Both the position numbers and the translations under genes were made by a program. Shown piece after piece: positions 27,650 through 40,031 of a DNA stretch of 64,000 nt; within the stretch, counting starts at the first letter, position 1, and the number at the start of each line of letters is the position of its first letter. The stretch spans positions 112,220,001-112,284,000 of the forward strand of contig NC_043003.1 of assembly GCF_006345805.1 (NCBI RefSeq), read 5' to 3'. This DNA comes from Octopus sinensis. Lineage: Eukaryota. The notes below the pieces were generated by a model. The model was not told the origin of the DNA and ran no database searches. It saw only the letters and a list, made by a program, of their open reading frames with translations.

Positions 27650-27712
27650 AGATAACCGAAGAGATGGTGTTGTGGATTTCCACTTCGGCATCTGAAACTC
27701 AGAGTTTTATCT
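27650..27712 (+). ncRNA. Type I hammerhead ribozyme-like motif in the 3' pLTR
   Basis: Stem I AGATAA/TTATCT (6 bp), core CCGAAGA, stem II (A)GATG/CATC(T) with inner GTGG/CCAC, GAAA 27694-27697, palindromic stem III CTCAGAG, UH = UU (GUU triplet). Confidence 0.6.
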
Positions 27713-27738
27713 TGACTACCGAGTAATGTAACATATTG

Positions 27739-27804
<66 letters not shown>

Positions 27805-28007
27805 CATACACAACACACAGACACATACAAGCAAACATATATGCATACCTATATACCACTTACACACATATATACACACATGTATGCATACGCACACCCA
27901 TATATATTTATTGACTAAACTGGCAAAATGACCATTCCGAATATAACAATATGTTTCAACAACACATTTCACATAACAAATCTTGCACAACAAATATACA
28001 AACGTAC

Positions 28008-28067
<60 letters not shown>

Positions 28068-28934
28068 GCCAGGCAGATCCCTTTAAGTGCTCATCTAGAA
28101 ACATACTACAAGTGTCCATAGGTAGTATTATCTAGTTTATTATGGATTTGAGGTTAAGGGAATAGCAAAAGGAATCAGTGCTACTGATGCTCAAATGAAC
28201 AGTAATGCTCTTTTAAATTTGCTTTTATTTGAAATATTATCTCCCAAAATTGTAAACTTCATCTCCTTTTCAAACCCATGATACTACCATGTCGTTCCAG
28301 ACACTGTTGCTATTTGAATGGGAATAGTCATTTATATATTTATCTGAATATTAATGCTACGTATATATTTATCTAAACATAAATGTTATTCTATAAATAT
28401 TCACCTGCTGAATGTTGTACAAACAGAAAAGTACTTCTCTACAAACACAGAAAGAAAATAGAAACGAAGTTGTTAAAATACGATTATGTTATATGTTATA
28501 TGGTATGTATAAATAGAAATTGTATGTACAAGTAGATGTGTGGCTACTACTGTTAGGTTTAGAGCTCCATTGTGCTTTTTGTAAAGTTGTTAGATAAATT
28601 CTATACTGATTAGTATTTCTAGTCATAACCCACAAAGCAAACGGAGGAATATTAGAATAAACAGAAGTCAATATTAAAATTCCTGTGCACTTTTCACTAT
28701 GGCGGATGTTTAGAACTTTGCAATAGATATTCCAAATAGATATAGATTATCAACTACTGCAACTCCTTAGAGAAAACTGAATTGTAGTACGTTCAAAATA
28801 TCTCCGGGGCTTTAAGCATTAAGAATATAAACGGGTATCTATAGTTATTCTTCCCATTACACACACACCACACACACAGACATATACACACGCACGCACA
28901 CACACACACACAGACACGCAGATACACACACACA

Positions 28935-29130
28935 GTCGCCATGATAGAACGTTAGCCACTACACACATTTTTTCTCTCCTTGTTTCTCTCCTTCTTTTTT
29001 TGTGTCCCTTTCTGTAGAAGAGCGTAGGCTCGAAACGTAAAATACTTTTTCTATTCCTGAGCGTTATATTAATACATGTCTGTTTTGTAAACTACCTGTC
29101 TTCGTCTTTTGTTTTTTTCGTAAACTCTCC

Positions 29131-29132
<2 letters not shown>
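28935..29132 (+). mobile_element. Short (~200 bp) microsatellite-flanked element with a minimal hammerhead-like motif (29008-29043)
   Basis: CTTT-CTGTAGA-A-GAGC-gtag-GCTC-GAAA-CG-TA-AAA; homologous copy at 57143-57337 (-); partial inverted copy at 29490-29579. Confidence 0.6.
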
Positions 29133-29170
<38 letters not shown>

Positions 29171-29175
29171 TATAT

Positions 29176-29262
29176 GGAGGCACATGGCATAGTGGCTAGA
29201 CACACAGCGGACTCGAGGTCTAGGGATCGCGGGTATGAATCTCAGACGTGGGATGCGTGTGT
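29176..29262 (+). mobile_element. SINE family C head fragment
   Basis: GGAGGCACATGGCATAGTGG..GCGGACTCGAGGTC, homologous to 8074-8140. Confidence 0.65.
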
Positions 29263-29402
29263 ATACAGATTCCGACTTACAATTTCACTCACAATCTTCT
29301 TGTGAATTCGATTTTATAGGAAAGATTAAAAGCCACGATGTGTGATGGAAGGCGAGATCGCATGGTTTCGAAGATTAGATATTGATATTGATATACATAT
29401 AT

Positions 29403-29488
<86 letters not shown>

Positions 29489-29489
29489 T

Positions 29490-29579
29490 GGGGAGAGTTT
29501 ACGAAGAAAACAAAAGACGAAGACAGGTAGTTTACAAAACAAACAGATGTATTAATATAACGCTCAGGAATAGAAAAAG
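29490..29579 (-). repeat. Inverted copy of 29045-29132
   Basis: Near-identical reverse complement by eye. Confidence 0.85.
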
Positions 29580-29589
29580 AATAGAAACA

Positions 29590-29671
<82 letters not shown>

Positions 29672-30805
29672 CTATGAGTGTGTGTTTGTGTGTATATATA
29701 TATACAAGCACATATATAATAGATTTGTATAAGCTTATTCCAGGTTTACACGTTTCCAAAAAAATGTTGGAGATGGCTGATCCTGCAGTAGACAAACGAA
29801 CCCGCACACTCATATATATACATACATATACATATATACATGTTTGTGTATGTGAACGCTTGCGTGTGTGTGTGTGTAATCATCAAAGATTGAAAGATGA
29901 TCACGAAAGAAGACGCCTTTGGAAAATTCAATGACTATATCATGCGTCTGTACACCTCATTACAGACTTACAGATACGCACCATTTACGCAGAAGAAAAT
30001 CTAAATGGTAATGCCAACATTGCTGCACTAAGAATGTTTCAGTAGCTATACTGCATCGCCAAGGAGTCAGTGAGAGAAGGTAACATTTCTCTAGTATACA
30101 TCGATGCATAATATAACCTAACCGAATATTTTGGCAAAACAAACCTTGTTAATAATTGTTATTACATATCTTGTTAATAATTGTTATTACATATATTGTT
30201 GGCAAATGGTAGTCATGTATATGAAATAAACTACGGCATTCAGAAATAAAATGTTGTTAATTAGGTGTGCTGTACCTTGTGAGATATGCTTATATTACAG
30301 ATTAATGGCTTTCAAATATTCATAGACATCCAATACTTTCGCAAAGCCGAGATATGGAAATAAGTTTCTATATTATATACACACTAATCAGGATAATGAG
30401 GCGAAAATAAAACGGTATGTGTCTACGATGTCTGAATGTCTACGATGTGTGGACGGCTACGAAGCCTTGTTCATGCTTTGAGGCAGGACTGTTATGTTAA
30501 ATCAACTTAATAGCTGGAGATTTTCTTCAGACTGTAATCATAAAGTTAGTTTTGTATTTCTTTTCCTCTTTTGAATACCATAACGAACGATAGAACATTG
30601 GGAACATTGGTTGAGCATTGAATAACATATCTTGGATTATTCAGTCATGTTGCTCTATATAATTTTAAATAATACCTATCTGTTATTTATTTCAGTCTTT
30701 GGACTGCGGCCAAATTGCGGAGTCACGTTGAAGGGTTTTGGTTAAAGAATTAGCTCCGGTACTTTTTAAAGCTTGGTACTCATTCTATCGGTATTTCTTG
30801 ACAGG

Positions 30806-30951
30806 TTTTTCGGTTTCGGCCTAACAAATCCATTCACAATTCTTTAGTCGCCCCGAAGCTATAGTAGACGAAACTCGCCCAAGGTGCCACACAGACGGAC
30901 TAAACCCGGAACCATGTGGTTGGGAAGCAAGCTTCTTCTCACACAACCACG

Positions 30952-30953
<2 letters not shown>
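30806..30953 (-). mobile_element. SINE family A, 5' half
   Basis: Reverse complement of GCGTGGTTGTGTGAGAAGAAGCTTGCTTCCCAACCACATGGTTCCGGGTTTAG. Confidence 0.8.
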
Positions 30954-31043
<90 letters not shown>

Positions 31044-31502
31044 TATATGTGTGTATATAAATATGTATATATTTTGGTTCGACAACCATTCGTGCAACGT
31101 CGATATTCGTCTCTGTGCCTGTTAAATGTTTTGTCCCTGCTGTAAGGTTTTATTTCCACACACTCCAGCTTAATTTAATTCGTCCTTAGTCGAAGGAAAA
31201 CTGTTGTTATGTCCTGTTATTTGCATTTGCATTTGGGTAAAATTTCTGCGATATTTTTCCGTCCTTGTTTTCGTATACGTTCACTACATTCTTCCAAGTA
31301 ATCTAATGTTCTTAGATTAGTTTTCCTTGGGGCTAGTGAAATTGGAGTATAACAAGCCTAAATTTCAAAGATAACCTGGAACTTGACTGAGGAGAGATAA
31401 CTCCGAATGATCCGTCCTTGTTTTCTTTGTATCGTCTGTCTGGATGCTTTTCCCATTTTTGTATTTTATATATATATGTGTGTGTGTGTGTATGTATGTA
31501 TG

Positions 31503-31545
<43 letters not shown>

Positions 31546-31561
31546 ATGTGTGTGTGTGTGC

Positions 31562-31592
<31 letters not shown>

Positions 31593-32339
31593 ACTAATAT
31601 TAATACGCTAATCTTTCTGTTTTTGTACGTACCTGATGTGTGTGTCACATTTACTTCAAAGAAATGGTAAAGCGAGAGACGGGATGTAAGAGAGAGATAG
31701 ACAGCCAGACAGACAGTTAGAGAGTGAGAGAGTAAGTGAGAGAGTGAAAGAGAAAGAGAGAGAGAGTAAGTGACAGTGAGTGGTGACGGCATTCGTTATG
31801 TATTTTTAAATGTTTATCACATCGCAAGAGAAGTAGATACATATATACATATACACATTGTTAAATCAAAAGCGTGGGGGAAGGGGAACAAAGGAAGTAA
31901 AAGAGAAAGAGTGAAAGTGAGAAAGACAGTAGATACACAAATCGAAAGAAAAGTTCATAGATACATAGACACAGCAAATATTGGCTGTCAGCTTGACTTT
32001 TCATTACCACACGAGGATAAAATTAACTCACAACCGGCTGAGTACTCCACAGACATGCAAAACATTAACGTAGTTCTCAGGATCATTCAGCCTCACACAG
32101 AAAATAACAAGTTTAGTCCATTTGAATTACATCCACAACTCGATATATATATATATATATATGAATGCATTTGTGTGTGTATAGTATAGGTTAGTTAAAA
32201 CATGTTTGGAATAATAAGTGTCGTGTGGTGGAAAACACAATTACCAAACTTTCATTCATAAATCCATTTAATATTTCGTCCTTTTGCATTTCGACTTGTA
32301 CATTTGTACCCAGAAATTTTCAATAACTGCCCACCAGAA

Positions 32340-32998
32340 GAAATGGATAAACGAGTAATTTTATCTCCTAAAAATTCTGTCTGTCTTGCAATAAATTAAA
32401 AACTTACTAATACTATACCAGAGGCATTTAAACCGTACTTAATCACAGATACAGTGTCCTGCAATAATTAAGAGGAGGTTCAGAACTATCCATTCGAATT
32501 CATAAACTCACTCACTCCATCCGGTATGCCTCCTCATCGCATCCACTTAAAAGTAGGGGTTATTGTAATGCTGCTAAGAAATCTTTCGATCAGTCAAGGA
32601 TTATGTAATGGAACTCGCATGAAAGTGCAAAGACTTCGTGAACATCGTATAGAAACATCATTAGTAATAGGCCCCAACATGGGTCATACAGTTCTAATTC
32701 CCAGAATTAAACTTAGCTCAAGTGATGCAAATATTCTATTCACACTAGACAGACTTCAGTTTCCACTTCGATTGCATATTCAATGACAATTAATAAGGCT
32801 CAAGTGCAAACATTTGAAAAAGTTGGAATACATTTGTCTGAACCGGTATTTCCTCGTGGCCAATTATATGTCGCATTTTCAAGAGCACGATCTATGAACA
32901 ATATCAAAGTAAGAGTTATGGCACTCAATTGGGATAACAGACAAGGACAAAAACGTGGTGCGACATACTAACAAAGTATTGTCTACCATGAAGTACTG
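32340..32998 (+). pseudogene. Helitron RepHel C-terminal PIF1-type helicase fragment
   Basis: ILSPKN, NYPFEFINSLTPSGMPPH.IHLKVG..VMLLRNL...GLCNGTRM, VLIPRI, RLQFPLRL/AYSMTINKAQ.QT...VG, GQLYVAFSRA, IVYHEVL. Confidence 0.9.
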
Positions 32999-33119
32999 TG
33001 TGGAAGACCACCGCACCAGCTAGCATCACCACCATACAAGTCACTCCATCATTACATATCCACATTACACTTTAATATCAGGGAACCAGTTAAGGGCCCG
33101 CTGGATCTCTCAGCAAACC

Positions 33120-33205
33120 GGCTAAAACAATGCGAAGCGCATTGTGACCAGCGATGTGTAGCAACATCTGATAGCCTGGTCAGTCACCGTGATCACGGTG
33201 ATATG

Positions 33206-33236
<31 letters not shown>

Positions 33237-33395
33237 ATTATGTATGTATGCGTGTGTGTGTTTGTGTGTGTGTTTGTCCCACCACCACCATTGCTTGACA
33301 ACCGATGTTAGTGCTTTTGCGTCCTTGTAATTTAGCGTTTCAGCAGAAGAGACTGATAGAATAAGCACTAGGTTTGCAGAGAATTATTCCAGGGG
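33120..33395 (+). mobile_element. 3' fragments of SINE family C (33120-33201) and family A (33262-33395)
   Basis: GGCTAAAACAATGCGAAGCGCATTGTGACCAGCGATG matches 8282-8320; GCTTGACAACCGATG..GATAGAATAAG matches family A. Confidence 0.75.
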
Positions 33396-33665
33396 CCCAG
33401 TTCAACAATGCCTATAAAGGCTAAATTTTAAAAAACCCACTCCTTTGTAGAATCCAATCGAATAAACAAATACCAAATGGCTGCAGAAATTTCAGTATTC
33501 CTCAGAATACCGGGAAATAAAATAGTCCAACACAGCATGGAAACAGGCAACGATTCGCAATAACAATTTTAAACAATTATTTTCAACAACAGTTTACAAT
33601 AAATAACAGAGTTTCAACAATAAAAATGATAACTCACAGAGCACAAAAAGTCTTTAATCCGGAAG
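33395..33665 (+). repeat. Conserved flank repeat, homologous (inverted) to 48140-48440
   Basis: Collinear homology over ~280 bp (e.g. TCGAATAAACAA, CCAAATGGCT.CAGAA, GTTTACAATAAATAACAG). Confidence 0.85.
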
Positions 33666-35140
33666 CAAGCTTCTTTATTTCTATGAAATTGGTCATGAGC
33701 CGTTCATAAAGGGGACAGTACAAGGTGGGGACAAAAAAGACAAAACGAATTAAATATAATGAAATATAATGAAAGATGAAATGAAGCCGGTCGGCCACAT
33801 CTCCGAGCAATTTCATTTAACCTGTTAATACGTATTTTTTTATGACACTAGTTTACACAGCTAATTTCCACTTTTACACTAAATGTCTATATTATATTTT
33901 TTTTTAATCTCAAAATAACTTACCCGTTCTGGTATGGTGCTGGTGTTTATTTTCTTAACCCACAACTAAAGGCATTCCTCGTAATCCTTCAATCTCGCGA
34001 GATACGCCGAGTTCACCAACGCACGGCGGATGTACTCCGGCAATCCCCTTACTCCTGTTATATCCACTTTTATCGCTGCATCCGATGCGACGACCCCATT
34101 ATACAGTTCTTCATTTTGTCCCTTGTACAGTACAATATATATTTATCCCAGGGTGAGGGTGGGGGAATTTGGGGCTGCTGTGTGCTTGCGCTTGTCTTTG
34201 TGTCTGTTGGAGCAAAAGCGGGTTGGTGTCTGTATGGAGTGGTTGGGGTAGAGTGGGTGTCGGTGGGAGACGGATATGTGTGGTAAAGGGGTCGTCATTT
34301 ATAACGTGTACTGTTTTCTTCTCTTTCTTCTCAGCCCCTTCCCATCCGTTTCTTTCCTCGTTCACTTCCTCCTCCGCGACGCTGGTACTGGTTTTCGTCG
34401 GTGAAGTCGCAATTTCCTTCTCGCTATAGTGTTTCTCTTTATTCTTCACGGGTGGTGGAGGGCAGTCCGCTCTAATGTGGTAGCACCGCCGGATCCTTCC
34501 TTCCACTCTGACTCTGAGTGTTACCTCTCCGACCGCGATGGTCACGATCATATTTTCAATGTCTTCCAGGCCCATCTGTACTATGATGTCTAAGCACTGC
34601 CCTTGCCAATTCTTGTGGGGTGTTATGGTGGCCTGCAGGCCCACAACCCTCTCCTCAATGCCTAGCAGATGGCAGCCACCAGCCTGGCTACATCCACTTC
34701 TGGGGGTATGTCTTCTACCCTAACCATGGAAGGTATGCGGGTAGAAGTACCACTTCGTCTGTTTTAGAGATGTTACTGAGTGCAGCCTGGCGGTAGCTGT
34801 CTCCCAGGACGGCACCTCCACTGTTCCAAACTTTCTTCTTCTGGCAAGGTAGGAAATCCCTTGCTAGATTGGTTTACTTGCCTTTCCTACTTGAACCGTC
34901 GACATAACTTCAATTTTCTTGGTTGCTTCTGAATACTTCCTGTAAATTATTGTTTTTTTTCTTGTTTTTCATTCTTTTTTTTTGGGGGGGGACACTTTCT
35001 CTTCGTTCCCCCATCAAATAATAGGGAAGACGTCAAAGAGTACCGCTGCAAGACAGCCAAAACATGCGTTTCACACAAAGACAACCGTTCGAAAAACAGT
35101 CAACAAACCGGAAGCTAGCTTCTTACTTCACAACCACGCT

Positions 35141-35142
<2 letters not shown>
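33665..35142 (-). mobile_element. ORF1-only L1/Tx1-type derivative (E2)
   Basis: Minus strand: 5' UTR, YLARRRKFGTVEV, VTLRVRVEGRIRRCY(H)IRADCP eroded knuckle, E/K-rich tail, 3' UTR ending GTCCCCTTT..GACCAAT..AATAAAG (33674-33679); no ORF2. Confidence 0.7.
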
Positions 35143-35221
<79 letters not shown>

Positions 35222-35227
<6 letters not shown>

Positions 35228-35584
35228 GGCAGTTTGTCTGTGTGTGTTTCTGTGTGTCTGTTTGGTTGTACCCGCACCCTGACCACGGCTTTCAACCGAT
35301 TCTGATGACATTGACACACACATAGCCCAATGTCATAATTCAAAACTAACGCAGCGAAAATTTCCCCCAGTTCTGAAAAAGATCGATGAATTCGATATGG
35401 GGTCGACAATCAGAAACACAAACCACAGATGGTCTAGGGGACGCAACTCGACCTTTTTAACTATCAAAAAAATTTACCATAATTTTTTTTCCCATTTTTT
35501 GCTATTTTTTGGCTATAACTCTCTAAAAATGCTTTATAGTTATTTCCCTTACAAACCCGAGCAACGCCGGGTGATACTGCTAGT
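35222..35584 (+). mobile_element. Non-autonomous Helitron-like element
   Basis: Starts in (TA)n, internal (TG/CTGT) repeat, 3' hairpin ACCCG..CGGGT (35555-35572) then CTAG|T (35580-35584). Confidence 0.75.
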
Positions 35585-35704
35585 ATATATATATATATAT
35601 TAGAGGGTAACCGCTATGTGGACACCCTTATGCTAGAAATGCATCCGCTATGGTCTTATCACTAAGAAATTTCTTAGTGGTAAGGCAAATATATGAACAT
35701 ATTA

Positions 35705-35752
<48 letters not shown>

Positions 35753-36169
35753 GGTGTGTCAATATTTAAAGAGGTGTGTATAACTGAAAGGAGAATATAT
35801 GAGAATAAGTTTTCCTCAAGCATTGCATTGAATATTTAAATGCAATTCTATATTGTCATACTCCTCAGGGTGTAACAAGCAAAAGTTGTACCCATAGATG
35901 TAGTCGCATAAAGGAGTAGGTATATATTATGATATTCATGCCAATTTACGTGAAAGATTGCAGCATGGGACTGTAATACATATGAAATTAGACAAGAAGA
36001 TATCGCATTTCTGAGTATTATTATTTCGTTCCTTTTTACTTCTAACAAGAACAAGAGTGTTTTATATCGTTGAGAGGTGAGAATTTTTTTCGTTTACATT
36101 TGTTACTTCAATTGTTATTTGCAAAATAATCCACAAGACAATTCCTTTCAGTTATTATCAATATTATTT

Positions 36170-36185
36170 TTATTATTGTTATTGA

Positions 36186-36231
<46 letters not shown>

Positions 36232-36339
36232 GTTGTTGTTGTCGTTGTCGTTGTTGATGTTGTTGTTATTATTATTATTATTATTATCATTATTATTATT
36301 ATTATTATTATTATATTACTATTATTATCATTATATTAC

Positions 36340-36371
<32 letters not shown>

Positions 36372-36410
36372 TAATTATTCCATTATTATTAGTGATGTTG
36401 TAGTAATCAT

Positions 36411-36479
<69 letters not shown>

Positions 36480-36480
36480 T
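36170..36480. repeat. Compound (TAT)n/(TGT)n/(TAC)n/(TAG)n microsatellite
   Basis: Directly visible. Confidence 0.95.
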
Positions 36481-36715
36481 TTTCTTCTATTCTTTCTTCG
36501 TAAGAGGTAATTTGATTCATGTTGTTTACGTTATTCTCCATTGAAATCAATAGTAATTCACGTTCTTTATATATTTAAAATAATATCTCCACAGCTTCCG
36601 CCTTTGTGTATTTGTATGTCTGTGTTCCTCTCAGCTTCTTTTTCATGAACAGAATACAAACGCACACATCCACACTAACACACATACGTATATTCATATC
36701 CACACATACATATAT

Positions 36716-36758
<43 letters not shown>

Positions 36759-36969
36759 CTCCGTAATTGCGGCTCCATTGCGTCCTGTCTCTAGTATACT
36801 CTACTTCTATAGGCGCACAAATAATCTCACACAAATGAACACGAATAAACACCAACCCATACACATATGTATAGTGATGCGTATGTTTGAGCGTATGTTG
36901 TTGCAAATATATGAAAATATATGTATATGTAGACATACACATAGCTAAGTATGTATGCATGTATGCATG

Positions 36970-37019
<50 letters not shown>

Positions 37020-37142
37020 ATATATATGTGCGTGTGTGTATGTATATACATTTATGTGCAAATATTATCTACACATTCGTGAACATAGAGCATTCCACAC
37101 AATTATGAACATATATACGTAGACATCTGTATATACATATTT

Positions 37143-37223
<81 letters not shown>

Positions 37224-37429
37224 ATACATATATATAGTTAGAAACTGACATAGACACAGACTCACTGCTACACAGACACAGACACATATGAAGAGGGTGT
37301 AGGAGATATAGATGCATATATTCACATATAGCACAAGAAGTATTTGGCTCTAACATAAGTCGGGTTAGAAAGAAACTTTACCGAACGGAATTGAATTATA
37401 CCATTTCTCCTTTATCTCTCCCTCTCTCT

Positions 37430-37520
37430 CCGTCTGTGATAAGAACTTTTTTTACGACCATATGGTTCCGTGTTCAGTCCCATTGCGTGGACTCTCGACA
37501 AGTGTCTTCTACTACATCAT
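37430..37520 (+). mobile_element. SINE family A head fragment
   Basis: ATGGTTCCGTGTTCAGTCCCATTGCGTGG..CAAGTGTCTTCTACTA. Confidence 0.65.
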
Positions 37521-37689
37521 ATAGTTTTTTCGGTCGTGATACCACGGTCATGCTGGGGTACCAGCTTTGACAGTTTATAATCGGATTAATCGATTCCAGT
37601 ACATTTTGTTTTTCTGTTAAGCCTGTTATTTATTCAGTCGATACCTTATGCCGAACCGCTAAGTTACGGGGACGATTGTCAAGTGGTGG

Positions 37690-38660
37690 TTGTGAAAAAG
37701 GGGACAATTATCAACCAAACTAGTAACACCTTCATCAATGATCTGTCTGTTTCCCCTGTATCTGGCGAAGAATGTTACAGGTATATACGGATGGGTGAAA
37801 ATATATCCTACAATGGCACCTGTAACAAAACACATGTCACTAAAGAATATGACAGCTGAATAAAAACAATTTGGACCTCAGAACTTACTGTATTCAATAA
37901 AACTGTCTCACAAAATTTTTGCTCTGCCAGTGCTCATACCAACACTTGCGATGCTTGACTGGACGATTAATGAGAGTCAACCCATTGATGTGAAAACCTG
38001 AAAAATATTTACAAGCACTCATAATTTCGACATGAACAGTGACGTAAACCAACTCTACCTAAAACGAAAACAAAGCGGCAGAAGCTTAACATCGATCCAA
38101 AATGCCTTTGAATGCCACATCGTATCCCATCGGTAACATCTTTTAACCACCATCACGGTATTATCTACTGATGCGACATATTGTTTTAGCTAGGAGACTC
38201 TATAATGAAATCCCCCGGAGTGATAATCCCGAGGACAAAGAAATAAGAGCAAGCCATATGGTATTGCACGCATAATAAAAAGGCATACTCGGACAAAGTC
38301 CCACTGAAGACCTCAAAAAAATGTAAGCGCAACAGACCTGATATAATTTGGGATAAGAAAAGAAACTGTGCACAATTAGGGAAATTAGCTGCCCAGCGGA
38401 TGTTAACATAAAGCTGAAGATCAGTTTAAAACAGAACACCTATGCTGAACTATTGAGAAATCCTCAGTTACTCTATCCGGATTACGTGTTCATGTTTATA
38501 CCTGTAATTATTGGGGTCCTGGGATATGTAACACACTGCCTAAGTACCAATCCTGAGAAATTAGGCTTCTCAAAAGGAGAAAGCTAATTCGAAGACTACA
38601 GACCGAATCCATCACTGAAACTGTAAAAATCTGTAAAACTTCTCATAGGTTTATCATTGA
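37690..38660 (+). mobile_element. 3' fragment of an R4/Dong-like non-LTR retrotransposon (RT thumb + restriction-like endonuclease)
   Basis: CYRYI..ENISYNG, IWTSEL, FALPVL, LYLKRKQSGRSL; RLE NRPDII.WDK (38331-38342)..EISCPADVNI..TYAELLR..FIPVIIGVLG; internal deletion and frameshifts. Confidence 0.75.
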
Positions 38661-38726
38661 AATATATATGAGGATTTCTAGATATGCAATTATATGCATG
38701 AGAATATATAAAACACACAAATCTGC

Positions 38727-38759
<33 letters not shown>

Positions 38760-39189
38760 CATACATGCATACATACATACACACATAGTTACATACATAC
38801 ATACATACTTACATACATACATGCAAAAATACTCCGTTGTTGATGTTGAAATTCCAATGAAGAAGCCTTGAATCTGGGTTAGAAACCAGTTCTTTCACTA
38901 CTGGCAAGAAATCTTGAAGTAAACTGAATAATGTCATGTATACATACATATACACATATGTGTATATATGTAGAAGTATAAATTGCGATTATAATACGAT
39001 TTAGAAGTTGAATTGCATGACAAATAACCAGTATTTAGAACTCCATGTATATACCCGTATATCTGAAGGGAAAATGAGAAAATCATTACTTGTCATTCAA
39101 ACGCGTTGGTGTAACTAAATATTTTTCTTATTTCCAGAGATGATCAAGATTTGCGCTTTTGGTTTCTCTCATATGTGTGTGTGTGGGGC

Positions 39190-39296
39190 GGGGGGTTCTG
39201 TGTGAGTGCTTGTATGTATATATATATAATATATATATATATATATTATATATAATATATATATATATATAATATTATATATATAATATATATATA

Positions 39297-39347
<51 letters not shown>

Positions 39348-39370
39348 GTATGTATATATGTGTATATATG

Positions 39371-39410
<40 letters not shown>

Positions 39411-39525
39411 CATATGTATACATATATATATATATATGTATATATATGTAGATATATATGTATATATATATGTATATATATATATATACACACATATATA
39501 TATATATACATATACACACACATAT

Positions 39526-39575
<50 letters not shown>

Positions 39576-39590
39576 TATATACATATATAT
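39190..39590. repeat. (TA)n-rich compound microsatellite
   Basis: Directly visible. Confidence 0.95.
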
Positions 39591-40031
39591 CTCAAAGAAG
39601 AAATCGTCTTTCACGTTAGTGATACCTTACCACGCTACAATGGGAACAGCATCTGATGTTATGATGTGCATTGAAATTATCTCACCGTGTGATTTAGGCA
39701 TCATCTCTAACCAACTACCAAAGCCTCATTATTGTCAATAATGGTCATTAATGGCGTAAACAATTCTTCTCTTCATGTAGTTCCAGTTCGTGAGAAGGTT
39801 TATTCCGTATCGCCATTATAGTGCGGTATCATTTATTTACCTTACGCTTAAATAAATAGATGAATGAATGGATAAATAAATAAAAAAACAACAAATAAAT
39901 AAATAAATAGAGAGGCATTTGAATAGAGTGATATAGTGATGGTTCGAAAGACAATGATAGAGAGCTACCAAAATAGTACATGGAGGAGATAGATTAGATA
40001 GGTAGACAGATAGATATATAGATAGATAGAT

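Larger units (their letters stand above)
24614..27739 (+). mobile_element. Penelope-like retroelement (EN+, C-terminal GIY-YIG) with 5' inverted pseudo-LTR, embedded in (TA)n
   Basis: 24614-25153 is the reverse complement of the 3' end (27280-27739) plus a 68-bp extension that recurs in forward orientation at 25167-25235; both termini run into (TA)n. Confidence 0.93.

Noticed and set aside
31385-31420. Additional hammerhead-like strings (CTGAGGA..CGAAT here; also ~51375-51405, ~38855-38900, ~5775-5810)
   Set aside because: GAAA or core broken, and stem I cannot be paired convincingly by eye
35848-36054. 68-aa hydrophobic ORF and possible splice sites (also 6013-6089, 22776-22982, 60163-60204)
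   Set aside because: Splice-like signals are common in AT-rich DNA; no homology recognised
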